Source: Macrostomum lignano (taxonomy: Eukaryota). From it: a stretch of 64,000 nucleotides of DNA. A program made the position numbers and the translations under genes. Positions 13,034 to 26,460 of this stretch are shown one piece after another. The first letter of the stretch is position 1; every line of letters begins with the position of its first letter. Location: positions 1 to 64,000 of the forward strand of contig NIVC01003928.1 in assembly GCA_002269645.1 (NCBI GenBank), in the 5' to 3' direction. The notes under the pieces were generated by a model, which saw nothing but the letters and a program-made list of their open reading frames with translations, did no database searches and was not told the origin of the DNA.

Positions 13034-16000
13034 ATGCTTGTCACTGAAAGCACAGCTGAAGTGCTCCATGCAGACCTGTCCAGGTGGTCGGCCATCGACC
13101 CACCAGAGATTCCACTGTCTCCGATTGACTCCGTGATGCCGCCCTGTTACATCACCGCCATCTACGTGTTCAAGAATGCCAATGGGTTGGCAGACTTCAT
13201 GCCGTTCGACTTGCTGTCCGAGGGCTTGAAGCTGGCCATGGCCGACTTCCCGGATCTCAACTACCGGCTGAAGCGAAACTGCACCGGTGACTGCGTACTG
13301 GTGACCGAGAACTGCGGGGTCCGGCTGGTCACCGCCAACGCCGACTTCTCGGCTGCCGACCTCGAGGCCATCAATTTCGACCCAGTCAGACTGCCGGCCA
13401 GCCTGCTGGATGGCAGCCCCGCTGACTGCGGACAGTTCGTGTGCAAGGTGCTGCTATGGGGGAGATGGGATTGGGGGTGGGGAAGATGGGATTGGGGGTG
13501 GGGAAGATGGGATTGAGGGTGGGGAAGATGGGATTGGGGTGGGGAAGATGGGATTGAGGGTGGGGAAGATGGGATTGAGGGTGGGAAGATGGGATTGAGG
13601 GTGGGGAAGATGGGATTGAGGGTGGGAAGATGGGATTGAGGGTGGGGAAGATGGGATTGAGGGTGGGATGATGGGATTGAGGGTAAGGGAAGATGGGATT
13701 GAGGGTGGGGAAGATGGGATTGAGGGTTGGAAGATGGGATTGAGGGTGGGGAAGATGGGATTGAGGGTGGGGAATGGAATTGAGGGTGGGGAAGATGGGG
13801 TTTTGGGTGGGGGAGATGGAATTGAGGGTGGGGGAGATGGAATTGAGGGTGGGGGAGATGGAATTGAGGGTGGGGTGAGATGGGCTCGGTTAGGGTCATG
13901 GTAGCGGAGATGGGATAATTGAGTTGGGATCGTAATGTAAAATCGCACGCACCCGCAGTTCAAGCTGACCCGCCTGTCCGACAACTCTGTGGCGCTGGGC
14001 GTCCTGCTGCACCATAACGTGATGGACGGAGACGGCGCCTTCGGCTTTATCAACAGGTGCGCTTGGAGAAGTTACTCCGTGCGAAGCTAACAAGCACACG
14101 AACCACTGAAGGAGCAGATGGTACGCTTGCAAGGTATCAAAATCCAACTTGTAAATTGTGAAATCTATCAAAAACGCCAGGTGGGCCGGCATCTGCCGGG
14201 AGCTGCGACAGCGGGGAGGTCGGCCCGCCGAACCGGAGCTGCAGCGGCCGCCGGTGTCCCGCGACCGGTCGGTGCTGAAGCCCGACGGCGTCCCGTCAAG
14301 TGTCGACCACCAAGGTCGCGAGTACGCCTACGTGGAGCCGCAGCCGGCGCCCGAGCCCGAGGTCAAGCCGACGCTGCCAGTAACCCAGGCGCCGCAATTC
14401 ACGGCCCGTCTGTTCCACCTGAGCGCGGATTTTCTGGCCCGACTGAAGAACAGTGTTAATAGCGAGCCGGGCGAGCAGGTCAGGGAGAGGGGCTCGGTGC
14501 GAGATCCCAGCAGATAGCGGGACTTTAATTGTTTGGGTGGCAGAAGCTCGTCGCTGGAGGGATTTAGTAGGCAAGTTGGTTGTTGTGGACGCCAAGTTTG
14601 TTGTCAGGGACGCCAAGTTGGTTGTCAGGGACGCCAAAGTTTGTTGTCAAAGACGCCAAGTTTGTTGTCAGGGACGCCAAGTTTGTTGTCAGGGACGCCA
14701 AGTTGGTTGTCAGGGACGCCAAGTTGGTTGTCAGGGACGCCAAGTTGGTTGTCAGGGACGCCAAGTTGGTTGTCAGGGACGCCAAGTTGGTTGTCAGGGA
14801 CGCCAAGTTGGTTGTCAGGGACGCCAAATTAGTGGTCAGGGACGCCAAGTTGGTTGTCAGGAACGCCAAGTTGGTTGTCAGGGACGCCAAGTTGGTTGTC
14901 AGGGACGCCAAAGTTTGTTGTCAGGGACGCCAAATTGGTTGTCAGGGACGCCAAAGTTTGTTGTCAAAGACGCCAAGTTTGTTGTCAGGGACGCCAAGTT
15001 TGTTGTCGGGGACGCCAAGTTGGTTGTCAGGGACGCCAAGTTGGTTGTCAGGGACGCCAAGTTGGTTTTCAGGGACGCCAAAGTTTGTTGTCAGGGACGC
15101 CAAGTTGGTTGTCAGGGACGCCAAAGTTTGTTGTCAAAGACGCCAAGTTTGTTGTCAGGGACGCCAAGTTGGTTGTCAGGGACGCCAAGTTGGTTGTCAG
15201 GGACGCCAAGTTGGTTGTCAGGGACGCCAAATTAGTGGTCAGGGACGCCAAGTTGGTTGTCAGGAACGCCAAGTTGGTTGTCAGGGACGCCAAGTTGGTT
15301 GTCAGGGACGCCAAAGTTTGTTGTCAGGGACGCCAAGTTGGTTGTCAGGGACGCCAAAGTTTGTTGTCAAAGACGCCAAGTTTGTTGTCAGGGACGCCAA
15401 GTTGGTTGTCAGGGACGCCAAGTTGGTTGTCAGGGACGCCAAGTTGGTTTTCAGGGACGCCAAAGTTTGTTGTCAGGGACGCCAAGTTGGTTGTCAGGGA
15501 CGCCAAAGTTTGTTGTCAAAGACGCCAAGTTTGTTGTCAGGGACGCCAAGTTTGTTGTCGGGGACGCCAAGTTGGTTGTCAGGGACGCCAAGTTGGTTGT
15601 CAGGGACGCCAAAGTTTGTTGTCAGGGACGCCAAATTGGTTGTCAGGGACGCCAAAGTTTGTTGTCAAAGACGCCAAGTTTGTTGTCAGGGACGCCAAGT
15701 TTGTTGTCGGGGACGCCAAGTTGGTTGTCAGGGACGCCAAGTTGGTTGTCAGGGACGCCAAGTTGGTTGTCAGGGACGCCAATTTGGTTGTCAGGGACGC
15801 CAAGTTGGTTGTCAGGAACGCCAAGTTTGTTGTCAGGGACGCCAAATTGGTTGTCAGGGACGCCAAATTTGTTGTCAGGGACACCGAGCTATGGTTATCA
15901 GGGTTGCTAAGTTGGTTGTCAGGGTCGTCCCTCAAGTTTGAGGTCAGACACTCAAGCTTTGCCTTTCATGTCTTTTAAGCTCAAAATCTTTTGCCTGAGT

Positions 16001-17836
16001 GACAATACTTTTAGCAAACGCTTTCACAACATTTTCGCTTTACACTCCTTTCTTGTTACTCGCCTAGTGTCGAGCGTTCTTTATTATTTGTTATTCATAA
16101 GTGATCTAGCCACGTCGGGTTTCAGTTGGCACTCCTTACGTTAGCGAGGAACAAGTTCTTATTCTGACTTTATTTCAGTTTTTTATCTTATCAAGACGCC
16201 GGTCTGCCAGAAACGGTAGAGGGCTGCATGAGACCCAATTTTTAATTTGTTTTATCTTCTCCAGCTCAACTAGTACGTGGGGTCATAGCTAGCAATGTGT
16301 GTGACAGTTTCTGAGTAGGGAGGAACAAAATTCTTTTCGACTTAATTTTATGCTACTCGTTAGTAAGCGATGTCTGTTCTGTTTAAAGAGGTTCAACAGC
16401 CTTAACTAATATCTCCCAGAGATTATGAATTTGAGCGTCAAGTTTGGTGTGTCAGTGGCTTTAAGTTGGGGTGTCAGTGGCTTAAGTTGTGTGTCAGTGG
16501 CTTCAAGTTGGGGTGGGGTGTCAGTGGCTTCAAGTTGTGTGTCAGTGGCTTCAAATTGTGTGTCAGTGGCTTCAAGTTGTGTGTCAGTGGCTTCAAGTTG
16601 TGTGTCAGTGGCTTCAAGTTGGGGTGTCAGTGGCTTAAGTTGTGTGTCAGTGGCTTAAGTTGTGTGTCAGTGGCTTCAAGTTGGGGTGTCAGTGGCTTCA
16701 AGTTGGGGTGTCAGTGGCTTAAGTTGTGTGTCAGTGGCTTCAAGTTGGGGTGTCAGTGGCTTCAAGTTGTGTGTCAGTTGTTGCTATTGAAGTGCTTGTT
16801 AGAAAGTCCTTATGGGGTGTCAGGATGGCGCCAGTTCAGTGGGTGTCAGGATGGCGCCAGTTCAGTGGGTGTCAGGATGTCGCCAGTTCAGTGGGTGTCA
16901 GAATGGCGCCAGTGCAGTGGGTGTCAGGATGTCGCCAGTTCAGTGGGTGTCAGGATGGCGCCAGTGCAGTGGGTGTCAGGATGTCGCCAGTTCAGTGGGT
17001 GTCAGGATGGCGCCAGTGCAGTGGGTGTCAGGATGTCGCCAGTTCAGTGGGTGTCAGGATGGCGCCAGTGCAGTGGGTGTCAGGATGGCGCCAGTGCAGT
17101 GGGTGTCAGGATGGCGCCAGTGCAGTGGGTGTCAGGATGGCGCCAGTGCAGTGGGTGTCAGGATGGCGCCAGTTCAGTGGGTGTCAGGATGGCGCCAGTT
17201 CAGTGGGTGTCAGGATGTCGCCAGTTCCTACCAGTGTGAATTACCAGCAGCTCCTGCCCGCCCCTGCAGCCCGCGGTCCAGTGCACCACCAACGACTGCT
17301 TGGTGGCGCTGCTGTGGCGCTGCGTCACGAAGGCAAAGCGGCTGCCCGCCGACGCGCCAACGAAATTCGCCATGGCCTGCAACGCCCGCCAGCGCCTGTC
17401 GCTGCCGGCCGGCTACGCTGGCAACGCGAATTTCTACATCGCCGACCAGCTGACGACTGGCGAGGTGGCCGACGGCCTCAGCCTGGCCAGCCTGGCTCGC
17501 CGGGTTCGCGCCGCGGTGTCGCACGGCACGGCGCCGGACTACCTGCGCTCCATCCTGCGCTGGCTGGCCGAGCGGCCCGACCGGTCGCGCATCCTGCCGG
17601 GCTTCCGGATGTTCGCCAACGACCTGGCCTTCACTTCCTGGGTGCACTTTCCCGTCTACGAGGCCGACTTCGGCTGGGGCCGGCCGTTGCGATTCGCCGT
17701 GCCGAGCGCCGGATTCGACGGCCTCGCCGTCCTGATGCCGAGGTTCGACGGCGACGGCTACGATGTGCTGACCGGCTGCGAGGTGGACGCGATGGACCGG
17801 CTGGCGGCCATGCCGGAGCTGGCGAGACCGACTTAG
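13034..17836 (+). CDS. BAHD-family (HXXXD / transferase PF02458-like) acyl-CoA acyltransferase, ~458 aa
   Basis: Exons 13034-13447, 13959-14056, 14181-14478 and 17270-17836 join in frame (1377 nt). Contains the catalytic motif HHNVMDG, then TTNDCLVALLWRCV, ARQRL..LPAGYAGN and the C-terminal YEADFGWGRP. Confidence 0.92.
13458..13880. repeat. ~21-bp G-rich intronic repeat GGGTGGGGAAGATGGGATTGA
   Basis: Direct inspection; BAHD intron 1. Confidence 0.93.
14572..15925. repeat. 21/22-bp intronic repeat GGGACGCCAAGTTGGTTGTCA
   Basis: Direct inspection; BAHD intron 3. Confidence 0.95.
16445..16778. repeat. ~21-bp repeat GTGTCAGTGGCTTCAAGTTGT
   Basis: Direct inspection. Confidence 0.92.
16814..17225. 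repeat. 26-bp repeat GGGTGTCAGGATGKCGCCAGTKCAGT
   Basis: Direct inspection; ends ~45 nt before the acceptor at 17269. Confidence 0.95.
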
Positions 17837-18639
17837 GGCCTTCGGATCTGTGCCCTGTCTACCGAATATGCTTAGGTGGAGTTTTAGGTTTTACCCACAG
17901 AGATTTTTACTGCAATAGTATAGTGCTCAATGAATTGACAGCATAATTGACAGGGACCTAATTATTGACTAATTATCGCAGAGTGAACCGTCTCGCTTGC
18001 GGAATCGCGCAATTATCTCCTACTTAAAGTCCCCCCCAATAGAGCCAGAAAATTGTCACCAATTACCCAGAAGTTTCGTCAGTTTTTATGGAGTTTATTG
18101 CGTCTGATTTTGTTGATTTTCAGTCCAATCAAAAGAATTCAAAATTTTCTAAACAAATAAATCAGAACTCTCGCTCTAATTCCAAGTAAATATGCTCCCC
18201 ATTTCTCCCTTGCAAATTTATTTCTTTTATTTTAGGCTTCAACAATGACAGGGTGCTAACTACTTAACAAAATCCAAGCTTTATTTCGCTAGAAGCAATC
18301 AAATCAATAATTTTACTAAATTTATAACACAGAGACGGTACAGCGCGGCAGACACTGGCAAAGCTACAGCTAATTAATCCACAATGGCTTGCTGTGATGG
18401 GGTTTGTGACCAAAGGAACTGCTGTAAGTGCTGTTGGCTTGCTCAAACTTATAGGCATGTAGGATTTGGTCTCTCAGTGACTGTGAGAACTGGGAAATTT
18501 GACGCAAAAAATAACTAGCTGATGCATGGGTTTGTACTGTCTGCATTCATGAGACGGACGAGAAGAAAGGAGCGAGACGCTGGAGAGACGTGAGACTGAT
18601 ATGATGGGACTGAGAAGGCTGACAGGTCAGAGTGGAGAA

Positions 18640-19150
18640 AGACAGAAGAGACAGGTGACAGGTGAGAAGATGAGGGGAGAGAGACGGACATGCTAGGAGA
18701 GACAGGTGACAGGTGAGAAGATGAGGGGAGAGAGACGGTCATGCAAGGAGAGACAGGGGACAGGTGAGAAGATGGACATGCTAGGAGAGACATGACAGGT
18801 GAGAAGATGAGGGGAGAGAGACGGTCATGCAAGGAGAGACAGGTGACAGGTGAGAAGATGAGGGGAGAGAGACGGTCATGCAAGGAGAGACAGGTGACAG
18901 GTGAGAAGATGAGGGGAGAGAGACGGGCATGCAAGGAGCGACAGGTGACAGGTGAGAAGATGAGGGGAGAGAGACGGTCATGCAAGGAGAGACAGCTGAC
19001 AGGTGAGAAGATGAGGGGAGAGAGACTGTCATGCAAGGAGAGACAGCTGACAGGTGAGAAGATGAGGGGAGAGAGACTGTCATGCAAGGAGAGACAGCTG
19101 ACAGGTGAGAAGATGAGGGGAGAGAGACTGTCATGCAAGGGAGACAGATG
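18640..19150. repeat. 51-bp intergenic minisatellite
   Basis: Unit GACAGGTGAGAAGATGAGGGGAGAGAGACGGTCATGCAAGGAGAGACAGGT. Confidence 0.93.
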
Positions 19151-19824
19151 ACATGCAAGGAGGGGCCCCACAACATCAGCAAATTAAAAGACACGCAACA
19201 ACAGTCTAACAAACAAATTAGGTCAAAAGCTCAGTTCGCGACCCTACAGTAAGTTTCAACAGAGGCAAACAGTACAAATCAAGGTAGAAGGGGTGGGTGA
19301 TAACGCAGGTGCATTGAATGCGGCTAATATGGGTGTGACAGGTGTACCTTGTATGGATTATCAGTGAGACACCGCTAAAACTGATGAATGACACAAACTA
19401 CACACGCAGTCATAAATAAATATATGGATATATTGATAGCAGATCGATGTGTACAGAGGAGCATGCGCTTATAAAAAAAATTAATATTCATAATCGATTG
19501 CAAATAGTCAAATAAGTTGGTTTAAATTTAATGATAAAATCTGGTTTAGGGTGGCTGAGACTGGTACAGACAATCTACGCATGTAATGTATCGCAATTCT
19601 GAACAAGGAACAAAGTAAAAGACAAAGATTTACACACAGAGAGAACAGAGTCTGGCAGAATCTATGCAGGCTTAAAAGGTGCATGAAATATTTGGTTGAG
19701 GACTGTAATTGTAAAGAAATTTGCTTTTAAAACACAAATCCGACCTTAACAAAACTTAACCAAAGCAATCCTTCGGACCTCTACTGATGATCACCTGGTT
19801 GGGCTGTCCATGAGGTCAGCTGTG

Positions 19825-20625
19825 TCTCAGTTATCAAAAGATGGGATCTCGGTTATCAAAAGATGGGATCTCGGTTATCATAAGATGGGATCTAAGTTAT
19901 CAAAATATGGGATCTCAGTTTTCAAAAGATGGGATCTCAGTTATCAAAAGATGGGATCTCAGTTATCATAAGATGGGATCTCAGTTATCAAAAGATGGGA
20001 TCTCAGTTTCAAAATATGGGATCTCAGTTATCAAAAGATGGGATCTCAGTTATCATAAGATGGGATCTCAGTTATCAAAAGATGGGATCTCAGTTATCAA
20101 AAGATGGGATCTCAGTTATCAAAAGATGGGATCTCAGTTATCAAAAGATGGGATCTCAGTTATCAAAAGATGGGATCTCAGTTATCAAAAGATGGGATCT
20201 CAGTTATCAAAAGATGGGATCTCAGTTATCAAAAGATGGGATCTCAGTTATCATAAGATGGGATCTCAGTTATCAAAAGATGGGATCTCAGTTATCAAAA
20301 GATGGGATCTCAGTTATCAAAAGATGGGATCTCAGTTATCAAAAGATGGGATCTCAGTTATCAAAAGATGGGATCTCAGTTATCATAAGATGGGATCTCA
20401 GTTATCAAAAGATGGGATCTCAGTTATCATAAGATGGGATCTCAGTTATCAAAAGATGGGATCTCAGTTATCAAAAGATGGGATCTCAGTTATCAAAAGA
20501 TGGGATCTCAGTTATCATAAGATGGGATCTCAGTTATCAAAAGATGGGATCTCAGTTATCAAAAGATGGGATCTCAGTTATCAAAAGATGGGATCTCAGT
20601 TATCATAAGATGGGATCTCAGTTTT
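19825..20625. repeat. 22-bp intergenic minisatellite GATGGGATCTCAGTTATCAWAA
   Basis: Direct inspection. Confidence 0.95.
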
Positions 20626-20848
20626 AGAGGGTGAAGTATACAGGCAATCTCAGTATCGAAGGAAAGGATTTAAGCAAGCATCTACAGATGACATTCCAAT
20701 ATCAGAGATCAGTGGATGATATCTCAGCACGAGAGACTGCGATATCAGTTTAACAACATGTCGGTAATTAATAATTAATCTAATAAAATCAAAGAAATAA
20801 AACTGGGGAAATCTTTTGCAGCTACAAGAGACCATCTCGGACTTCGGC

Positions 20849-22571
20849 CTAGAAGGACGCCGCCGCCGCTCCGCTGCCTGTCGTAGCGGCGGCGGTGGCG
20901 GCGGCTGCGGCGCCAACCTGCCTGAAGATATGGCCGGCCGGCTTGACAAAGTGGAAGTCCTGCGCCCGGCAGTGGGCGCACGCGGCCGCCTGGCTGAAGT
21001 GGGAGAAGGCGCTGGGCAGCTCGGCGGAGTCCTTCACGGCTGGCCGGCGGCAGTGGGCGCACATCAGGCGGTCCGGGCAGCACGGGCAGCAGGCGAACAC
21101 ATCAAACAGGTAGACACCGCCAATCAGCAGGTGGGAGCCGTCCCAGACTCGCTGGCAGAACCGGCAGCGGCTGTGCAGGGTGGACACGCAGGCGCAGTGC
21201 ATGCAGACAGCGTGCAGGTAGCCTTTGCCGCAGGCTGGGCTGTCCTTGTTGTGGCGCAGCGGGCTGAGGAAGAAGGTGCCGTCCACCAGGGGGAAGTGGT
21301 CGTAGACGGGCATCTGGCGGGAGCAGAGGACGCAGGCGACGGTCGGGCAGCGGCAGGCAGTCAGGGTGGTGAGCACCAGAGACTTGAGCTCGTCATTCTC
21401 TGTTGAGCTGTCGTCCTCGGTGACAATGTGGAACTTGTTCTGCTTCCAGCGGGGCAGCGCCTTCAGACTGTCGTAGTTGTCGCTGCGCCTCTGGAAGATG
21501 TTGCCCCGGCTGTGGCCGCCGCCGCTGGCCGAAGCCGCGGCCGCGGCAGTGTAGACAGGCGAGGAGAAGGGCAGCGGGGCGCCGGGCGCGTTGCCGTCGG
21601 TCTGCGGCGGGCTCAGGCTGAAGTTGCCGCTCTGGTTGGACGAGTTGCTGAGGTGCCGGAACCGTCTGCTGATCATGTCGGTCGGGCTGTAGGAGGAGCC
21701 GCCGGCCACCAGGCCGTTGGTCTGGCGCTTGCGGACCCCGGCGGCGATGAGCTGCGGCGGCGACTGCCGGGTGTCCCGGCTGACCTGGCCGCGGCCGCAG
21801 GGGCACCGGATCTTTCCCATGGTGCCAGGGGCGCGCAGTTTGGAGGCGTTGAGCAGGACGCGCTCCCAGCGGCCAAAACAGTCAGCATGGGCCCACAGGC
21901 CTGGTTGGGAGAGATCATGTTTGTGACACGACAAGTAAACGGCGGGAGTAACTATATCCCCTCGGCCTCGTCATATTATTAGTCTCTAATGATGAGTGGA
22001 AATTTTCAAGTCAATACTAATTGCAAGGACTACTCAATTAATCCTTGAGTAGTCCTTGGTCTGTTGAAATGGGTGGCATTAAGAAACACAAAATACAATT
22101 AGAAACGTTTCAATTTTAGCACAGGGGATCTGTACTGTGTTTGCGCAATTCACTAAGTACATGCATGCTTGTAAGTTTCTGGCTTTTTAGCGTAATATAA
22201 TCCTTGCCAAAGGGAGCCAGAGAATGCTTCACAGTTTTGAACAATTCATCACTTCGGTTTTCTCTACTTTCACCTTTGTCAATCGATTTTTTGGTGCTAA
22301 GTTGCTTTGCACTTTAAATAAACAGCCGAGCTGCTTGCTGATTGACTGACTCACTGTGACTGCAGTGCGCGTTGGAGCAGACCAGCTTGACAGCGTCGCC
22401 TGGCTCGTCGGGATCAATCATGAGATCGCCGGGGTCCAGGCAGCCGTTCAGCGCGTGGCCCGGCTTGCTGGGGTCCGGCTCGGCGTGCAGGCAGCAGGGA
22501 ACACCCGGCGACACGGCGATGCCGTTCTCCACGGGTGACTCGGAAGCTTTGCGCACTCGACTGCTGGACAT
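20849..22571 (-). CDS. HECA: Headcase (HECA) homolog, ~422 aa
   Basis: Exons 22571-22355 and 21900-20849 (phase 1). N-terminal PCC..DAVKLVCSNAHC..HADCFGRWE..CPCGRG; C-terminal headcase domain NIFQRR, FHIVTEDD, CVLC..MPVYDHFPLVDGTFFLSP, HAVCMHC, WDGSHLLIGGVYLFDVFA..PCC, HFVKP. Confidence 0.92.
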
Positions 22572-23114
22572 TGTTGACTTGCCCTGTGCCCGGCTGACTG
22601 CTCCGCTTAAAACAAGAGGAATCGTTTGAAATGGCGGCGACGGGCGAGGATCAAGAAAGGAAAAGTAAAGGATGGCGATAGAGACTATGACGCGATGAGG
22701 AGATGACGGGGCGAGGAGATGGGAGAAAGGAATGACAGGGTGCGAGGCCTCGCTTAGGTTCAATTTGCTAAAAATGAGAGAGGAGAAAACAGGCAATGTC
22801 TGGCTTAGCAGTGCGCTTTTCTATCTGCGCAACTAAATGTACGCGAATACACGCCTGCCTCTCCCAACATGCTTTCCTGTCTTTCTGATCTCGGAAAGCG
22901 CTTGCCGGGGCCTGTGAATGGAGAAGCGGGCGGACGGCTCTCTGACCCTCTCAGAGAGCGTGAATGTACATTCAGCCTTTCCCTCAAGAGTGTACAATCA
23001 AACCTCCCCCTCAAAACAGTGTACATTCCTATCTTTCCAGAACTTTCTAGCTAGCTGGCATTAGTTCTTCCCCCTTATTTTAGACAGCGTACACTGGAAC
23101 ACAAGTTTTTCTCT

Positions 23115-23141
23115 CCAATGGCCCGGCCGGGGAGGGCGGGG
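23115..23141. promoter_or_regulatory. Possible CCAAT box and GC box upstream of headcase
   Basis: CCAAT at 23115 and GGGCGGGG at 23134 in CpG-rich DNA ~550 bp upstream of the ATG. Motif match only. Confidence 0.3.
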
Positions 23142-23281
23142 TCTATTTGCAAGGAAACGCGACTTGCACTTTAAAACCGCCGCATCTAGTGTCTGTACTT
23201 AGCCAAGTCTATGCTATGCGGAGCTGAGGGTGAGAGGCTCTAGCAAGCGGTCGGGTGAGACAGTTGGCAATGCGGAGTACG

Positions 23282-23342
<61 letters not shown>

Positions 23343-23955
23343 TGCACGAGGCACTTATTGGCCAAGTGTGCAAAAGCTTGCACATATTGGGACTGCTCCG
23401 ACACACGAAAAATCACACACACACACGTCCCCACACAGGCAATTTTCAACCCACCAAATCGATTTTTATTGACAACATGCTTTTGGCTTACTGAAAACAG
23501 TTGGAAAGCATTTTTCGAGGTGCATTGAACTCACAACAGATTGTACATGTATACTTGTCTAAAACAGAATTAAAAAACCCTGGTGTCTTGCTGAATTCCA
23601 CTTAAGGCAATAATATCAGCGCGTCAAATTTCACCGGATAATTTCAGCGATCATAGATTATAGAAGACAGGATGGTAAATGGCAAGGGACTTTAAGGTTA
23701 TCGAAAACAAACGACATTGACACATATCAAAAAAATTTTACGATCTGAATAAACAAAATTTGCTACATTTAGTGCCACTGGGAAAAAACAATTCTGTAGC
23801 GAAACTCCACTGTTCATAAAAATGTACTTTATTGATTATGACACAATCACTAGAATTACTCAAAAGGTACATGTCAGCTATTCGGACCCACAGAATGCTA
23901 CGAAAGGATGCGGAAATGAACCACACTATAGCAGAAGCCAGCACACACTATAGTA

Positions 23956-24212
23956 TAGGGCTGTCCCAACAATTCCAGCATAGCCAGTGTGGATAGGGCT
24001 GTCCCAACAAATCCAGCATAGCCAGTGTGGATAGGGCTGTCCCAACAATTCCAGCATAGCCAGTGTGGATAGGGCTGTCCCAACAATTCCAGCATAGCCA
24101 GTGTGGATAGGGCTGTCCCAACAATTCCAGCATAGCCAGTGTGGATAGGGCTGTCCCAACAATTCCACCATAGCCAGTGTGGATAGGGCTGTCCCAACAA
24201 TTCCAGCATAGC
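23956..24212. repeat. 38-bp minisatellite (~7 copies) containing GTCCCAACA
   Basis: Unit TAGGGCTGTCCCAACAATTCCAGCATAGCCAGTGTGGA, inside element A. Confidence 0.95.
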
Positions 24213-24410
24213 TTGAAAAAGAATATACACAAATACTATAAAAAGCAAATGCTAGAGCTCTACCGCGGTCATTGCACCGGATTTTAATAGAAACAGACTG
24301 CAAAAAATGCATCCTCTAAATAATATTCCAGTGAAGCACACAACAGTTAATCGGCTTCTCAATTCAGAAAATTAAAAAATATCCAGCTCCGCCAGAAAAC
24401 TCATGAATTA

Positions 24411-24431
24411 ACTGACTGCTGCACAGATAGC

Positions 24432-24482
<51 letters not shown>

Positions 24483-25091
24483 GGCTTGTGAGCAGCAAGT
24501 GAGCCAAATGACGGATGCAGCGGCGAGATCAGAATGCTCGCTGCTGATCGTTAAAGCGCATTCTTGTCTCTTAGGCATGTCGCTGGCGTGGCTGACTTCA
24601 GAATCTGCGAGGAAAAGAAATCAATTAAGATAGGCTTGCCTTAGTAATCGTTAATAGGCTATAAAGGAACCCTTTAATAGAACGTGTTCAACTAATGCTG
24701 GGTCTGTTTTGAAAAGTCAGAACTCAGAAGTAGTCGCGATTAGAATCAGTATTGTCCCAATAAGTGCGACCCAACAAATGCTGTTCAAAAAATAGGCCTG
24801 GCTGCAATGTCCCAATAAATGCCCAACAAATTACTAGCCTTGAGCTAGGCTGGGCTGTGTTTACTATTCATTGCGTTTGTAGCTTGTGTCCCAACAATGC
24901 CACTGAGATTGTTGCATTGCTTTTGAATTGTGCTCTACCAAGTAACACAAGTACTCTGGTGTACAATACTTCTACAGCAGATAATACTCACCCAAAACAG
25001 ATCGTCTCTTTCTCTTTAATCCTGTGCCGGACGGGTTTTCTTCAGATCGACCAGAAAATTCACAAATAGACTGACTGCCTGCACGGATAGC

Positions 25092-25139
<48 letters not shown>

Positions 25140-26460
25140 GGCTTGTGAGCAGCAAGTGAACCAAATGACGGATGCAGCGGCGAGATCAGAATGCTCGCTG
25201 CTGATCGTTAAAGCGCATTCTTGTCTCTTAGGCATGTCGCTGGCGTGGCTGACTTCAGAATCTGCGAGGAAAAGAAATCAATTAAGATAGGCTTGCCTTA
25301 GTAATCATTAATAGGCTATAAAGGAACCCTTTAATAGAAAGTGTTCAACTAATGCTGGGTCTGTTTTGAAAAGTCAGAACTCAGAAGTAGTCGCGATTAG
25401 AATCAGTATTGTCCCAATAAGTGCGACCCAACAAATGCTGTTCAAAAAATAGGCCTGGCTGCAATGTCCCAATAAATGCCCAACAAATTACTAGCCTTGA
25501 GCTAGGCTGGGCTGTGTTTACTATTCATTGCGTTTGTAGCTTGTGTCCCAACAATGCCACTGAGATTGTTGCATTGCTTTTGAATTGTGCTCTACCAAGT
25601 AACACAAGTACTCTGGTGTACAATACTTCTACAGCAGATAATACTCACCCAAAACAGATCGTCTCTTTCTCTTTAATCCTGTGCCGGACGGGTTTTCTTC
25701 AGATCGACCAGAAAATTCACAAATAGACTGACTGCCTGCACGGATAGCGGCTGCTGCTGCTGCTGCTGCTGCTGCTGCGGCTTGTGAGCAGCAAGTGAAC
25801 CAAATGACGGATGCAGCGGCGAGATCAGAATGCTCGCTGCTGATCGTTAAAGCGCATTCTTGTCTCTTAGGCATGTCGCTGGCGTGGCTGACTTCAGAAT
25901 CTGCGAGGAAAAGAAATCAATTAAGATAGGCTTGCCTTAGTAATCATTAATAGGCTATAAAGGAACCCTTTAATAGAAAGTGTTCAACTAATGCTGGGTC
26001 TGTTTTGAAAAGTCAGAACTCAGAAGTAGTCGCGATTAGAATCAGTATTGTCCCAATAAGTGCGACCCAACAAATGCTGTTCAAAAAATAGGCCTGGCTG
26101 CAATGTCCCAATAAATGCCCAACAAATTACTAGCCTTGAGCTAGGCTGGGCTGTGTTTACTATTCATTGCGTTTGTAGCTTGTGTCCCAACAATGCCACT
26201 GAGATTGTTGCATTGCTTTTGAATTGTGCTCTACCAAGTAACACAAGTACTCTGGTGTACAATACTTCTACAGCAGATAATACTCACCCAAAACAGATCG
26301 TCTCTTTCTCTTTAATCCTGTGCCGGACGGGTTTTCTTCAGATCCACCAGAAAATTCACAAATAGACTGACTGCCTGCACGGATAGCGGCTGCTGCTGCG
26401 GCTGCTGCTGCTGCGGCTTGTGAGCAGCAAGTGAAATAAATGACGGATGCAGCGGCGAGT
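24411..26460. repeat. ~640-657-bp tandem array (about 3.1 units) with variable (GCT)n tract
   Basis: Near-identical units (periods 657 and 639, seen from the repeated ORFs at 24764, 25421, 26060). GCT runs of 16, 15, 9 and an interrupted 3+4. Confidence 0.95.

Noticed and set aside
14572-15925. Regular 20-30-bp repeats as CRISPR arrays
   Set aside because: Units are contiguous with no unique spacers, there are no cas genes, and the context is eukaryotic introns.
24432-25140. (CTG)n tracts as disease-type trinucleotide expansions
   Set aside because: Short (16 or fewer) and part of a transposon-internal array. Covered under the polyAla exon finding.
24764-26365. Thrice-repeated 101-aa plus-strand ORF (MRPNKCCSK...)
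   Set aside because: GTG start, no domain features, and repeated only because of the array. Splice signals favour the minus strand.
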